Shown: positions 1-10,342 of the stretch, in pieces
How the letters are laid out: each line of letters starts with the position of its first letter
How positions within the stretch are numbered: position 1 is the first letter of the stretch
Sequence record: MZ501103
Source: Escherichia phage SelmaRatti
Length of the DNA: 64,000 nt
Strand: one strand, 5' to 3'
Made by a program: the position numbers and the translations under genes
The notes under the pieces: model-generated
Database searches by the model: none
What the model saw: only the letters and a program-made list of their open reading frames with translations
Told to the model about the DNA's origin: nothing

Positions 1-655
1 ATAGCCCAATCTTATAGCGAGCACATGATATTTCTAGGAAGTTAGTGAAAGTTGTAGCCACACAATGGTGAACTTCATCAACTATAACAGTACCGAATAC
101 TTTAGAAAGATTATTCGCATGTTTATTCACTGTTTGAATATTACTGACCACAATTGGTGGATCAATATTGTATTTTCCAGAACCTATGATACCTGGTTCA
201 AACCCAAACCATTTACGAACTTCTGCCGCCCACATTTCACGAATAGATGTGTTGGTACAAATTACCAAAGTTTTCTGGCCAAATTTATACGCAAGTGCAA
301 GGGCTAAGATAGTTTTACCAAATCCAGGCTTACCATTAATAATACAGGTATCATCACACTCTTCATATATTGGAAGCTGGTCTTCTTCACGCAGTTTGAA
401 CTTAGGTTTTGGTATATCTACCGGAGCTAATGTGCGTTTATCTACTAATTCGTATTTTACTCCTTTAGCATCTAATAAATCTAGACGCGTGATAGGAATC
501 CACTTAATCTCTTTGGCAACAACACCACTATTCTTATACATAATAGGGTATTTACTAGTCATTGTCTCAATGTGATAAGTGGTTTGCTTACTACAATAAT
601 CCCAAAGTTCATCATCGGGCTTGAAATAGGCTTTATTAGATATAACAACCTTCAT
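1..655 (-). CDS. DExH-box SF2 helicase, N-terminal part (gene continues beyond window start; T5 D10-like)
   Basis: Reverse-strand translation from ATG (rc of 653-655) gives MKVVISNKAYF...GKPGFGKT (Walker A)...VDEVHH (DExH); open to window edge; ATGA overlap with stop of upstream ORF. Confidence 0.6.
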   Translation of the reverse strand, partial: MKVVISNKAYFKPDDELWDYCSKQTTYHIETMTSKYPIMYKNSGVVAKEIKWIPITRLDLLDAKGVKYELVDKRTLAPVDIPKPKFKLREEDQLPIYEECDDTCIINGKPGFGKTILALALAYKFGQKTLVICTNTSIREMWAAEVRKWFGFEPGIIGSGKYNIDPPIVVSNIQTVNKHANNLSKVFGTVIVDEVHHCVATTFTNFLEISCARYKIGL

Positions 656-1149
656 AATTTTATTCTAAGTCTAGGAATTTCAGGCTCCTCTTGATGGACT
701 TGGTAAATAACCGGGCTATTATTTACTAGAATATAGCTTATATACGCTGGAACATAGGATAATACAAATGGATAAGGTACTTTAGCCACATAGCATTGGT
801 ATTTTCCGTTATAAATTCTAGCCGAATGCAAAACTTTAGAGGTGGCAACATCATAGAACGTAGTTTTCTTCCAGTTAATAAGATTTCCATCAGAATCTAT
901 AAATTGGCTACGCTTTGACCCAACTAATTGAGACAACATTGATATTCTACCTCTAATAGGATAGAGCTTGTACGGTAATTCCTTCCGTTTCTCAAATAGA
1001 ATAAGTCTACGTTGAGAAAAAGTGCCAGGCAACTTCCTGTTATCTAACACATATTTATTATATCTTGTTGTAATTACGGAATAATCACCTTCTTGCTCAA
1101 TTGATACAAACGCCCGTAAAGCATATACGGGCAATTTGAAATCAAGCAC
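652..1149 (-). CDS. hypothetical protein (165 aa)
   Basis: ORF in same orientation as flanking replication genes, start overlaps polymerase stop. Confidence 0.45.
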   Translation of the reverse strand: MLDFKLPVYALRAFVSIEQEGDYSVITTRYNKYVLDNRKLPGTFSQRRLILFEKRKELPYKLYPIRGRISMLSQLVGSKRSQFIDSDGNLINWKKTTFYDVATSKVLHSARIYNGKYQCYVAKVPYPFVLSYVPAYISYILVNNSPVIYQVHQEEPEIPRLRIKL

Positions 1150-4100
1150 CTAAAATCCTTTTCACATTATCCAGATCTTTACATACAGCAATAAACTTAT
1201 CATCCTTGTACTTGCTGTGGTCTGGATGCTCTTTATCCATTGCAGCTAACTTCTTATACTCGAAATCTGCATCGAGTAATACACCCTTAACATAACGAGT
1301 ATACTCATCATCATCAATACAAGCGATTGATGGATGCTGCTTCTTCATCTTACCACAAGAGTAGTCACGAGAACCTCCAGCTTCAGAATCAGAATCAATA
1401 CCAATCGGACAACCAGGAATACTGATACCACGGTCTTTCTGAATATTACGAATCAGGATTTCATTGTATTGGTCGATCAAATCCTCACGAACAATAGCAA
1501 CTACGGAGTCGTGAACTAGCATAACAATCTTCATCTCTTGTTCTAGGCCAAGAGAAATGATCTCATTATCTGCATCTACAGCACCTAAAAGGAGACTATC
1601 AGAAGAAGCAGACTGAATGATTGCGTTAAATCCAGAACGGATTTCTTCACCTTGAACACCACGGTCTTCGGAGTGGATATTATGCAGACGACGTTTACGA
1701 CCAAAGTGACTGTAGATAAATCCATGATTCTTGATCTGATCATGGCACTTATCAATCCAACGCTTAAGCTGCGAGAACTGACCGAAGTAAGTTTCAATGT
1801 ACTCTTTAGCATCTGCAACAGTACACTCTACAAACGGTTCGCCTGTCTTAGCAGCCTGCTCCAGAAGAGCTTCGTTAACAGAATGAGCTACTTTAGATGG
1901 GCCAGAACCATACAAAATACCAAAGGTAATTGCTTTAGCTGCTTGACGCAGAGCTGGGAATAGCTTTTTAACATCACGAGGTTCGCATTGGAGCTTAAAT
2001 ACCATGTGTGCGATGTTAGAGTGGAAGTCAGGGTATTTATCAGGTTCATTTCTCATGTTGATAAATACTTGTTGCATATTTCTATCACCAGATAGAACAG
2101 CAGCATAATAAACTTCCGCAGTTGTTAAGTCCCATGCAATTACACGGTATCCAGGTGGTGCAACTACACAACCCTTGATAATAGATTCATCACGAGGTAA
2201 CTGTTGAAGGTTCAGTTTACCAGAAGAACTCAGACGACCAGAGGTAGTCATGTGTTCATGGAAGCCAGTACGAATGCAACCATCAGCATCAATACTCAGT
2301 AGAATCTTCTCAACATAAGTAGAGATCAGCTTAGTCAGCTTACGAATCTCTAGCAGAGTTTTAGCAATTGGATGCTGCGTAGCCAGTTCATTTAGAGCTT
2401 CTGCATCTGTAGAGTCTGCTCCAGTATCCGTCAATTTACCTGTTGGAGTTAAGCCAACATAATCAAACAGAAGAACACGTAGCTGCTTAACAGAGTTAGG
2501 ATTAAACGCTTCATTCTGGTCTTTCTCTAGCTGAACGACTTCTGGATAAGTATACAGTTTCTCACGAGCCTTATTCAGGTTATGGGTTAACTGGTACTGT
2601 GCTTCTTTCAAGCGATCAATAGAAATTGGTACACCACGATCCTCAACACGCTGGAGAAATACACAACCAGGCATTAGAACATCATAATACAGACTACAAA
2701 GTTTTTCATTCTTCTCAATTTTTGGTAAGAAGAAATTGTGCAAACGTATGGTGGCATCTGTATCTTTACAGTTGTGAACTACACCAACTTTAGTTACAAA
2801 GTTATGATTATCTTTTACATCTATGCACCAACTGGTAGAGTAACCTCTTCTAGAAGCTGGAACTATCCAATCCTCAATCCCATACACTTCTGCGTAGTAG
2901 TACTTAGATGTTGAAAAATCCCAAGTTCCTATTCCTACTAAATGCTTGAATCTTTCTGGCACCTTGTAAGCCATAGAGCTATGCATATATGGAGCAATCA
3001 AAGGGAATAGTTCTTCATTATCTAATACAAAGAACTGATTATTTTCTCCATCGTTATGGTAGTGTGCTGTAACGCCTAGATTTTTACACCATTCTATGAA
3101 ATTTTGCTGCTCTTCTCTACAATCAGCAACTGTTCTAGACCAAATGCGTGCATTTCCTTGTGGCAGGGTACCAGCATCTTGATACCAAATAGCTAGTGCT
3201 TTTTCATCTAACCCTTCTAGATTTTTCTTAGTAATTTTTAACTTATACTTTGTAGTATTATCTCGCACCTCTAAGGTAGAGAATAAGTCAGAATACTCAG
3301 AGGTATATGGGAAACTATACGTATATGCTTTTTTATCTCCCTTTGTAGAAACACTAAGAGTTGGTGTTTCTACTTGAGAAGCTGCCTTAAAATCTAGATA
3401 CTCTTTATGCGCTTCTGACTGTGTCAGTTGTAGACCAGCGCCCCATTTATTTCTAGATACCAGAGCACCATCCCCAAATAGGGATGCCATTAATACTTGC
3501 TTACTATCAGATGGTAAAGCAATTTCTTCAGTTTGGATTTTATCCTGTCCTGGAATAATATCTTGTACTTCTATGTATCCATTCTGAGTTAATACCCTAT
3601 GGTCTGGTGTAAATACTGGACCATTAATAGTACCACTAGAGTTTCTTTTCTGAGATTTAACTACTAACTTCTTCCATTTTTTGGATTTATGTTCATTTTT
3701 ATACCATCCAGTAATAGGTTTGTTCTCAAATTGCCCAGTTGATTCGTTGAATGATACTACAGCTTCTGTAGATTTGGTACGAACAAGTTCCCCAATAGTC
3801 TTCCAATTCCCTGAAGCCATCTTAACTTGGGAATCGTGAGTAAGACATGCATAAGGCCACATAATATCAAACGGAATTAAATCATAGGTGAAATCTTCTT
3901 TCTTGATTTTATGTGCTTTGCAGTAATCATCTTTGAACTTATCTAGTTCGAAGTCATAGTCACCCATATCTGTATACTTCATTGCTAGAGATTTCAAGCC
4001 ATGAGTACCACGACGTTCATCTAGAACATAGTGCTGCAACATGGTATCATGGAGCCTGCGTTCTTTATGTGCTTTATCAAAGGTAAGTCCCAGATGGTAC

Positions 4101-4786
4101 TTATAAAAGTGCATATCAAACTTCAAGTTGTGAAAAACAATAGTGTGGTTTTCACTATCCAGAATTTTCTGGAGGTAATATACTGCAACCTCTGTGAGAC
4201 AATCAGAATCTATATATACACCCTGATACTCTTGGTGAGAAATAGAAACACCAAGCAAATAACCATCTCGACAGTATAGTGCTGAGGTTTCGGAGTCGAA
4301 TGCGATAGGTCCGATAACCATATTATACACCATCTTGATATATTCTTCCGCCTCGTCAGGGTCAGTAATAGGACGGTAATCACCAGCTTTTGCAATCTTC
4401 TCACGACCATTGATAATATCGTGGATATTCTCTACTGTTGCATCAAAAACTGGTTTCATTTCAGGCTTAAAGTGTAACTGGGCTGGGCTGATACTCGCAA
4501 TCCAGTTAGCATATCCATTATACTCTACACGTTTACCAGTATAGTCACCAATGCCTTTCTTACCTGCGAAGTACAGGAAAGGTTCAGCACCTACTAGTAT
4601 AACAAAATCATAATCATTCGGATCAAATGGGTTTTCCGGAGTCCCGATAGTAATATGCTTTTTGAGCAAACGACCGGATAACTTCTCGTTACACATATGG
4701 AATACATCAACTTCCTCGCCGTATAGCTGGAAATGTTTATCATAACGAGTGTTATTTAGAGCTTTATCAACTACTGCGATTTTCAA
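1142..4786 (-). CDS. family A DNA polymerase (T5-type) containing an in-frame intein
   Basis: Exo motif FDSETSAL, pol motif B RQAAKAITFGILYG, motif C VHDSV; 1214 aa, of which 359 aa are an intein, leaving 855 aa. Confidence 0.9.
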   Translation of the reverse strand: MKIAVVDKALNNTRYDKHFQLYGEEVDVFHMCNEKLSGRLLKKHITIGTPENPFDPNDYDFVILVGAEPFLYFAGKKGIGDYTGKRVEYNGYANWIASISPAQLHFKPEMKPVFDATVENIHDIINGREKIAKAGDYRPITDPDEAEEYIKMVYNMVIGPIAFDSETSALYCRDGYLLGVSISHQEYQGVYIDSDCLTEVAVYYLQKILDSENHTIVFHNLKFDMHFYKYHLGLTFDKAHKERRLHDTMLQHYVLDERRGTHGLKSLAMKYTDMGDYDFELDKFKDDYCKAHKIKKEDFTYDLIPFDIMWPYACLTHDSQVKMASGNWKTIGELVRTKSTEAVVSFNESTGQFENKPITGWYKNEHKSKKWKKLVVKSQKRNSSGTINGPVFTPDHRVLTQNGYIEVQDIIPGQDKIQTEEIALPSDSKQVLMASLFGDGALVSRNKWGAGLQLTQSEAHKEYLDFKAASQVETPTLSVSTKGDKKAYTYSFPYTSEYSDLFSTLEVRDNTTKYKLKITKKNLEGLDEKALAIWYQDAGTLPQGNARIWSRTVADCREEQQNFIEWCKNLGVTAHYHNDGENNQFFVLDNEELFPLIAPYMHSSMAYKVPERFKHLVGIGTWDFSTSKYYYAEVYGIEDWIVPASRRGYSTSWCIDVKDNHNFVTKVGVVHNCKDTDATIRLHNFFLPKIEKNEKLCSLYYDVLMPGCVFLQRVEDRGVPISIDRLKEAQYQLTHNLNKAREKLYTYPEVVQLEKDQNEAFNPNSVKQLRVLLFDYVGLTPTGKLTDTGADSTDAEALNELATQHPIAKTLLEIRKLTKLISTYVEKILLSIDADGCIRTGFHEHMTTSGRLSSSGKLNLQQLPRDESIIKGCVVAPPGYRVIAWDLTTAEVYYAAVLSGDRNMQQVFINMRNEPDKYPDFHSNIAHMVFKLQCEPRDVKKLFPALRQAAKAITFGILYGSGPSKVAHSVNEALLEQAAKTGEPFVECTVADAKEYIETYFGQFSQLKRWIDKCHDQIKNHGFIYSHFGRKRRLHNIHSEDRGVQGEEIRSGFNAIIQSASSDSLLLGAVDADNEIISLGLEQEMKIVMLVHDSVVAIVREDLIDQYNEILIRNIQKDRGISIPGCPIGIDSDSEAGGSRDYSCGKMKKQHPSIACIDDDEYTRYVKGVLLDADFEYKKLAAMDKEHPDHSKYKDDKFIAVCKDLDNVKRILGA
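2771..3847 (-). mobile_element. intein inside DNA polymerase (aa 314-672), with endonuclease-like insert
   Basis: Begins with Cys (…IMWPYA|CLTHDSQ), ends VVHN followed by Cys (HN|CKDTD); internal LFGDGAL motif; codons checked at both junctions. Confidence 0.75.
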
Positions 4787-4848
4787 ATTTAATCTCCTCT
4801 TGGTAAGTAAGTATAACTTCAGTGTTTCTTCTCTAACTTACCAATATA

Positions 4849-5739
4849 TTATACCAAATCTTTAAGCGATTCAGCAACTAAAATTTCAATACGTTTTGCT
4901 AACATATCAATCTCTTCTTTATTTAAGTCACCAGGGTCTTTACCTTCAGGCAGAAGAAAGTTAGCAATTACAGGTGTTAAACGCGTTTTTGTACGAATTA
5001 GCTTGGCCAATGCTTGTGCAGCTTTAGTACCAGAAGCATCATTATCTAGTAAGATAACAACAACTTTAACACCAGCAATAATATACGGACTGAACTTATC
5101 TGCAATGTTATCCGAAGTAAACTGATGTGTACCAAAGCAGCAAGAAGCATAGTCTATACCATTATCCTCTAGGTTCAGCATATCAAAGATACCTTCAACT
5201 AAAATAAGAACTGGAGTATTATATCGTACAGGAAAAATTGGCGGTGAAACTTGTTTTGGTTTTACTAAGTATTTAGGAGGGGCAGAACTGTTTATAGAAC
5301 GACCCAAAAATAGGATATTGCGTCCAACAGCATCTGTGATTGGGAATACAATTCTGCCTTCCCAGTTCTCTTGATGTTGGAAAGCAAAATACTTCTTCAA
5401 GGTCTTAGAACTGATACCTCGGAAATCACCTTCAAAAAGAAAGGCAGATTCTGGGATTGCAAGATTCGTAGATCCATTTCTAATCTCTGAAATCTTTTTA
5501 CGTACCTGCGATAGTCTTGGAGACTGTCGGTACTGAGTCTCATTAAAATAATGGTAAATGCTCGGTATACCTTTACCGAAGCCACAACTCAAGCAGTGCA
5601 TGACCCCTGACTCGGGGTCAATACGTAGACTTGGGTGTTTATCGTCATGATCTGGATTGAGGCAGCATATAAGAATATCCCCGCCTGTATCCTTATACTC
5701 AATTCCTTTTAGATCAAGTAACTCTGTTATTCTACTCAT
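4849..5739 (-). CDS. DNA primase (DnaG-like, zinc-binding + TOPRIM)
   Basis: CLNPDHDDKHPSLRIDPESGVMHCLSCGFGKG zinc motif; TOPRIM-like LVEGIFDMLNLED and VILLDNDASG. Confidence 0.8.
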   Translation of the reverse strand: MSRITELLDLKGIEYKDTGGDILICCLNPDHDDKHPSLRIDPESGVMHCLSCGFGKGIPSIYHYFNETQYRQSPRLSQVRKKISEIRNGSTNLAIPESAFLFEGDFRGISSKTLKKYFAFQHQENWEGRIVFPITDAVGRNILFLGRSINSSAPPKYLVKPKQVSPPIFPVRYNTPVLILVEGIFDMLNLEDNGIDYASCCFGTHQFTSDNIADKFSPYIIAGVKVVVILLDNDASGTKAAQALAKLIRTKTRLTPVIANFLLPEGKDPGDLNKEEIDMLAKRIEILVAESLKDLV

Positions 5740-7259
5740 ATATCACTGGCCTGTTCACCTGTTGAATTTTCAGCTTTGTCTTTCTTAGCACGTTTAGGTT
5801 GAGCCGACTTATCCTTCTCAATAGGGATAACGAACTCAGCTTCCATTTGAGATATATCTTCCATTGCTAGGTTGGTAGTGTTATCCATCCGCAAGGTTTC
5901 CCAGTTCATTTTAGGCATAAACTTCACGCTATCAGAAGAACGAGTCTTAACGAAGTCAAACATAATAGCACCTTGACCATTATCAGCTTTTGCAGCATTA
6001 AGATTAGCAGCCATGTCTGCGGAATCAAGAATCCCCTTTGACATACGTGTTCTACCGTCTTGATCGATCTGGTAAGGAGCTACACCAGCCACGTTATGTT
6101 TCTGGCAAATAGATTTGAAAGACGAGCTAACAACCATCTGTTCTTTCCAGTCATACATATCAATGGTTTTAGAATCTGGAAGTCGGGTTTGGTTAATATA
6201 GTCCAGTAAAGCTACTGTAACTTTATCCCCATATCTAGCAACTAATTTATTTAATTCTACGTCAACTGTTGTAATAGACAGCTCAGGATCATAAACAATA
6301 ATCATAGGAGTATGTAGCTCATACCCTTCTATTAGCTTACTTTCCATATCGTAGAAATCACTCATCTTAGCCATTGTGTACTGTTTAACGAAGTTATCGA
6401 AAAGCTCTTCACCACCGTTAAACATCCTGGCTCTAGTTCTGGCTAATCTCAACAGAGCTGCACCTTCTAGAGTATTATTACGCATTGCTAGTGCTGATAC
6501 ACCAGCTAACATGGCTAGATTACGTCTAAATACTTCATGTTCTTTCATCTCAATTGAGAAGTATGGAGCAATATCTCCATTCAAATATTGCTGAACCTGT
6601 ATGTTTGAACAGATAATGGATTTACCGGTACCACGCCAACCACCAAGCAGTAACGTTTCTGTGCGAGCTAAACCAATTTGAGCGTCGAACTCATTACAAA
6701 TACCAAGAGCGATTAAGTTCAGTTTGGTATCTTCTTCTCTCTGGAAAATACGCATGTTATCTGCGTTGAATACTTTTCCAGTATTCGTTACTTTCTCTTC
6801 TAATTTTAAGTGAAGGGAGGCAACTCGGTTAAGAATTTCTCCCTGATCCAGCATTGTTAAATCTTGAAGCACGTCTGTTTCTAGAAGCTTCAGGAATAAA
6901 TCCTGTGTATACTCGGCTTCTAGGACTTCAAGTGCCTGTTCCATGCTAACTTCTGGAATTTGAGTGTTAGCTAAGACGACTAGAGCTTGAGAAAGGCGGG
7001 CGTTCCTATTAGCCTCAAGCATCAGTGCGTCAATGGACGGCATTGTGTTATATTTTTTATAATAATTCTGGACGGCTTGGTAAATTGAGGAGAAAGCGTC
7101 ATTAAAATGATCTTTATGCAGTTTTGAGAATGTTTCCAATGCTATTTGCTTCTGTTCGGAAGCTAGAAGCATCTTCAACACTACAGCTTGCACGTTAAAC
7201 AAGGTCATTCTCCTTTGCACGCTTTCGTGCCTTCTAAATGCAAAAAGGGGAAGGAGCAT
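5736..7259 (-). CDS. replicative helicase (DnaB-like)
   Basis: Walker A GGWRGTGKS; length 507 aa; adjacent to primase; C-terminal tail ...NSTGEQASDI. Confidence 0.8.
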   Translation of the reverse strand: MLLPLFAFRRHESVQRRMTLFNVQAVVLKMLLASEQKQIALETFSKLHKDHFNDAFSSIYQAVQNYYKKYNTMPSIDALMLEANRNARLSQALVVLANTQIPEVSMEQALEVLEAEYTQDLFLKLLETDVLQDLTMLDQGEILNRVASLHLKLEEKVTNTGKVFNADNMRIFQREEDTKLNLIALGICNEFDAQIGLARTETLLLGGWRGTGKSIICSNIQVQQYLNGDIAPYFSIEMKEHEVFRRNLAMLAGVSALAMRNNTLEGAALLRLARTRARMFNGGEELFDNFVKQYTMAKMSDFYDMESKLIEGYELHTPMIIVYDPELSITTVDVELNKLVARYGDKVTVALLDYINQTRLPDSKTIDMYDWKEQMVVSSSFKSICQKHNVAGVAPYQIDQDGRTRMSKGILDSADMAANLNAAKADNGQGAIMFDFVKTRSSDSVKFMPKMNWETLRMDNTTNLAMEDISQMEAEFVIPIEKDKSAQPKRAKKDKAENSTGEQASDI

Positions 7260-7290
7260 AGCCCCCTCCCCTTAGGTTTAATTTACCAGA

Positions 7291-8058
7291 TTATTCAGCA
7301 GCCGCAGCTTTTGCATCCAGTTTAGCACGCTTAGCGGCACCATCATAGTCCTTAGCAACCAGACCACGACGAGACAGCATAGATTTAACACCGCGCTCAG
7401 ACTTACCAGTTTTCTCAGCGATCTCAGCAACAGTCATGTTAACCAGATCCAGACCTTCTAACAGATCTTCACGAGTTTTAGCACTTGAAGTTTCCTGTAC
7501 CGGCATAGCAGCGATACGACCTTCACGAAGCAAGCTCAGAGCTTTACCACGGATCTGCTTGATATTACGACCGAAGTGAGCAGCGATAGCTTCAATAGTA
7601 GCACCAGCAACAACCTGATTAACAAAATCAGTTTCTTCATCCGGAGTGAAGGAACGAACTGCAGCAGCTTTTTCGGTTGGCTTAACAGAAGCGGTCATTT
7701 CCAGACTCAGGATCTTACCCTGTACCTGCTTAGCACCGAACTGACCACCAGCTACAGCAGCAGCGATTTCAGCATAGGTATACTGACCATCATGAGCGTT
7801 CAGGAAATCAACCAGTTCAGCTTCCTGCTCAGGAGTCCACGGGGATTTCTGTACTTCGTTAGCTTTCTGTACTTCGAAACCTTCTTTACGCAGCTTAGAG
7901 CCAACAGAGCGAGCGGTAACGTCTTTGCCAGTTTCAGTAGCCAGTTCAGCAGCGATAGCGGCTACTTGTTCTTGAGAGATTACAGAAACACCCAGAGCAG
8001 TGGCTTTTGCTTTCAGAGACTCGGTTACACCTTCTACGTTCCAGTTCAGTTTAGACAT
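7291..8058 (-). CDS. putative abundant DNA-binding protein (D5-like), internal repeats
   Basis: Ala/Lys-rich with repeated helix-like segments, GC-rich codon choice unlike neighbours; function inferred only. Confidence 0.4.
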   Translation of the reverse strand: MSKLNWNVEGVTESLKAKATALGVSVISQEQVAAIAAELATETGKDVTARSVGSKLRKEGFEVQKANEVQKSPWTPEQEAELVDFLNAHDGQYTYAEIAAAVAGGQFGAKQVQGKILSLEMTASVKPTEKAAAVRSFTPDEETDFVNQVVAGATIEAIAAHFGRNIKQIRGKALSLLREGRIAAMPVQETSSAKTREDLLEGLDLVNMTVAEIAEKTGKSERGVKSMLSRRGLVAKDYDGAAKRAKLDAKAAAAE

Positions 8059-8833
8059 TATTATTTTTCTCCAATAGTTCTTTAATCGACAGGATTTCTA
8101 TCCCATTCGTTTCGGCTTTCTTATAAGATGAGGAAGAACGCTTAGATTCATCCTCACAGATTAGGTATTTAACGTCTTTGGTAACTGATTTTTTAACAGT
8201 ATACCCTAGACTTTCTAAATAGTTTGTTGCATCCGTTCTATTTGCAAAATCTTGCAAAGATCCGGTAATACATACCGCGATTCCATTTGGCTGGGCAACT
8301 AATTCATCTGTAGTGATAATATTAGCTTTAGTGCCCTTAATACCAGTTGAAAATTTCCACGGTAGTTCAATAACATCCTTGCCTTGTGGGGAATTTAGCC
8401 AGGCTCTATAGTTTTCTCCAGCCTTGCCGTCAGCCTTCACATCGTGGAAGCTAGTGCAATTTTGGGATAATTTCTTTGCTGCAACCTCTCCAATTAGAGG
8501 GATTCCTAAAGAACCGAGAACTGAACCAAAGTCAATGTCTCCGCGAACTTTAGTATTTAATTCGCTAATTAACTTAGCGGCAACCTTGCTACCCACGGCT
8601 CTAACCAAATCTTCTTCGGTTAGGTAAAATAGTTCTGAAATCTTCGTCAGCTCCAGCTTCTCAATAGTTTTTGGGCCAAAGCCCTTTAACTTCATTTTTG
8701 AACAGAAGTTCTCAATTAACTTACTTGATTGCGCTGGACAGTTGGACTTATTCCGACAGAATAATTGTCCGTTGACAAGATCTAGCTTAGAACCACAAGA
8801 GGGACATTGTGTTGGAATTTCGATTTTCATCAA
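8051..8833 (-). CDS. NAD-dependent DNA ligase, C-terminal portion (Zn finger-HhH-BRCT; subunit B)
   Basis: CPSCGSKL...CRNKSNCPAQ zinc finger, HhH GFGPKTIEKL, BRCT-like C-terminus. Confidence 0.8.
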   Translation of the reverse strand: MMKIEIPTQCPSCGSKLDLVNGQLFCRNKSNCPAQSSKLIENFCSKMKLKGFGPKTIEKLELTKISELFYLTEEDLVRAVGSKVAAKLISELNTKVRGDIDFGSVLGSLGIPLIGEVAAKKLSQNCTSFHDVKADGKAGENYRAWLNSPQGKDVIELPWKFSTGIKGTKANIITTDELVAQPNGIAVCITGSLQDFANRTDATNYLESLGYTVKKSVTKDVKYLICEDESKRSSSSYKKAETNGIEILSIKELLEKNNNV

Positions 8834-8860
8834 ATTTCTTCCTTATCAATTTATATAAAT

Positions 8861-8889
8861 ATTATAGCAAGTATTTAAGCATTTAGCAA
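8861..8889 (-). promoter_or_regulatory. sigma70-type early promoter for ligase subunit B operon
   Basis: rc reads TTGCTA-17-TATAAT then ataaattga box. Confidence 0.55.
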
Positions 8890-9032
8890 CTACAATTTTA
8901 ACTAACTTTGCTTACCCTCGCCATAACTTTCTATCCCTCAACTGAATGATAATAGTATATACCTAAGCGGCGAAAATGTCAATAACCACTTTATAATTCC
9001 GATATGGTAGATGGGTAGCAAAGGGTTATGTA

Positions 9033-10004
9033 TTAATCGTATACTCGCTCTACTATACACGGGATTACACCACCAGCACGAATCACTCGAATTTGGCAAC
9101 CGATCTCTAGATCAAGAGAGTTAATATAATCAACGTTATTAAGAGTCGCTTTAACAATTGTAGCATCATCAATAATTACCGGTTCGAAATAACCAACTGG
9201 AGTTACTTTACCAGAAGCCCCTACCTGCCATTCAACTTTAGTAAGAGTTGTAATCTCGCCTTCTTCATCCTCTTTAATAGCGAATGCTCCGCGAGGGAAT
9301 TTATTAGTCCAGCCTTCTCGGAAGAATTTGTTGTTGTCATTAATACGAACAACTTTACCATCTGTCGGAATCCATTTAAAGAAGGAACGCACATTAACAA
9401 CTGTTAAGAAGTTCTCATTCTCTAGCCAAAGCATATCTTTTAAATACGTTTCTGTAATACCTACAGATTCAGCAGAACACTGGATACCATATGCAACGAA
9501 GATTAAACCACCTTCTCCGATACGTTGTACGAAATCATCACTATCTTTTAGGTTAATAGCACCAGAGGCAAAGTTACGTTTATTTTCTACTTCTTTTGTA
9601 ATTAGAACTTCACCAGTGATTTGAGTAGGTACTTTTTGGGAAATCTTTTTAGGGATGTTCAGCAATCTTACGTTGCTTGTGACATCATTCCCTAGAATAC
9701 CATTACCACGAGTTAGTGCTTGAACAAATTCGCCATTAATATATAACAAAGAAATCGCACAACCATCTAACTTATCAGTTTCTACCTGACCTAATGGGTT
9801 AAACGGAGGTTTATCCCCACGATTATAATAAACTTTCTGTAAAGAATACATACGATACAGATGTGGGATATCACCCTTAGGCCCGATCTCTTCTTCTAAC
9901 GGGAATCTTTTAATAAGACGATCATATTCTTCGTCAGAGATTAAAGACATTCCCTGGTAATACGCTTCTTGACAACGTTTAATAAAGTCTTTTATATTAG
10001 TCAT
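9033..10004 (-). CDS. NAD-dependent DNA ligase, N-terminal adenylation/OB portion (subunit A)
   Basis: Adenylation motif TDKLDGCAISL (KxDG) and LigA-like flanking sequence; separate ORF from the C-terminal part. Confidence 0.8.
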   Translation of the reverse strand: MTNIKDFIKRCQEAYYQGMSLISDEEYDRLIKRFPLEEEIGPKGDIPHLYRMYSLQKVYYNRGDKPPFNPLGQVETDKLDGCAISLLYINGEFVQALTRGNGILGNDVTSNVRLLNIPKKISQKVPTQITGEVLITKEVENKRNFASGAINLKDSDDFVQRIGEGGLIFVAYGIQCSAESVGITETYLKDMLWLENENFLTVVNVRSFFKWIPTDGKVVRINDNNKFFREGWTNKFPRGAFAIKEDEEGEITTLTKVEWQVGASGKVTPVGYFEPVIIDDATIVKATLNNVDYINSLDLEIGCQIRVIRAGGVIPCIVERVYD

Positions 10005-10277
10005 TTATTCTGCCTCATAGTACGTGGGTTGTCTAGTGGATCCGTGCCATGTAAAATTTTTGCAGAGATGCAAATACGTGGTTTTTACTAGCCTACCTGA
10101 CAATGGAGAGTATATTTCAGCTATTAATACTTCTTTTTCGTAATGAAGTGAAATCAGCTTATACCCACTTCTAGTTTTAGTATACTTTTCTCCATTAATC
10201 TTCTCCTCCCACATAAGTATAAGAGGCTGTCCGATATATGGGAAAGGTTTAAGTGTACTTATATTTATCTTTTTCAC
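10005..10277 (-). CDS. hypothetical protein (90 aa)
   Basis: ORF abutting ligase subunit A start; own upstream promoter. Confidence 0.4.
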   Translation of the reverse strand: MKKINISTLKPFPYIGQPLILMWEEKINGEKYTKTRSGYKLISLHYEKEVLIAEIYSPLSGRLVKTTYLHLCKNFTWHGSTRQPTYYEAE

Positions 10278-10307
10278 TTTGCAACCCTCTCATTAATTTA
10301 TATAAAT

Positions 10308-10336
10308 ATTATATAACAAAACTGAGTTGAAAGCAA
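10308..10336 (-). promoter_or_regulatory. sigma70-type early promoter
   Basis: rc reads TTGCTT-17-TATAAT then ataaattaatgag. Confidence 0.55.
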
Positions 10337-10342
10337 ATACAT

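Noticed and set aside
65-575. Plus-strand ORFs 65-307 and 168-575
   Set aside because: They lie antisense to a well-supported minus-strand helicase CDS (Walker A and DExH motifs) and have low-complexity, stop-poor antisense composition
1334-1963. Plus/minus small ORFs inside the DNA polymerase gene (1334-1519, 1585-1818, 1652-1963, 4031-4410)
   Set aside because: Embedded in or antisense to the polymerase CDS; no RBS, odd composition
7576-8085. Plus-strand ORF 7576-8085 (169 aa)
   Set aside because: Antisense to the repeat-containing DNA-binding protein gene; Ser/Phe-rich low-complexity product
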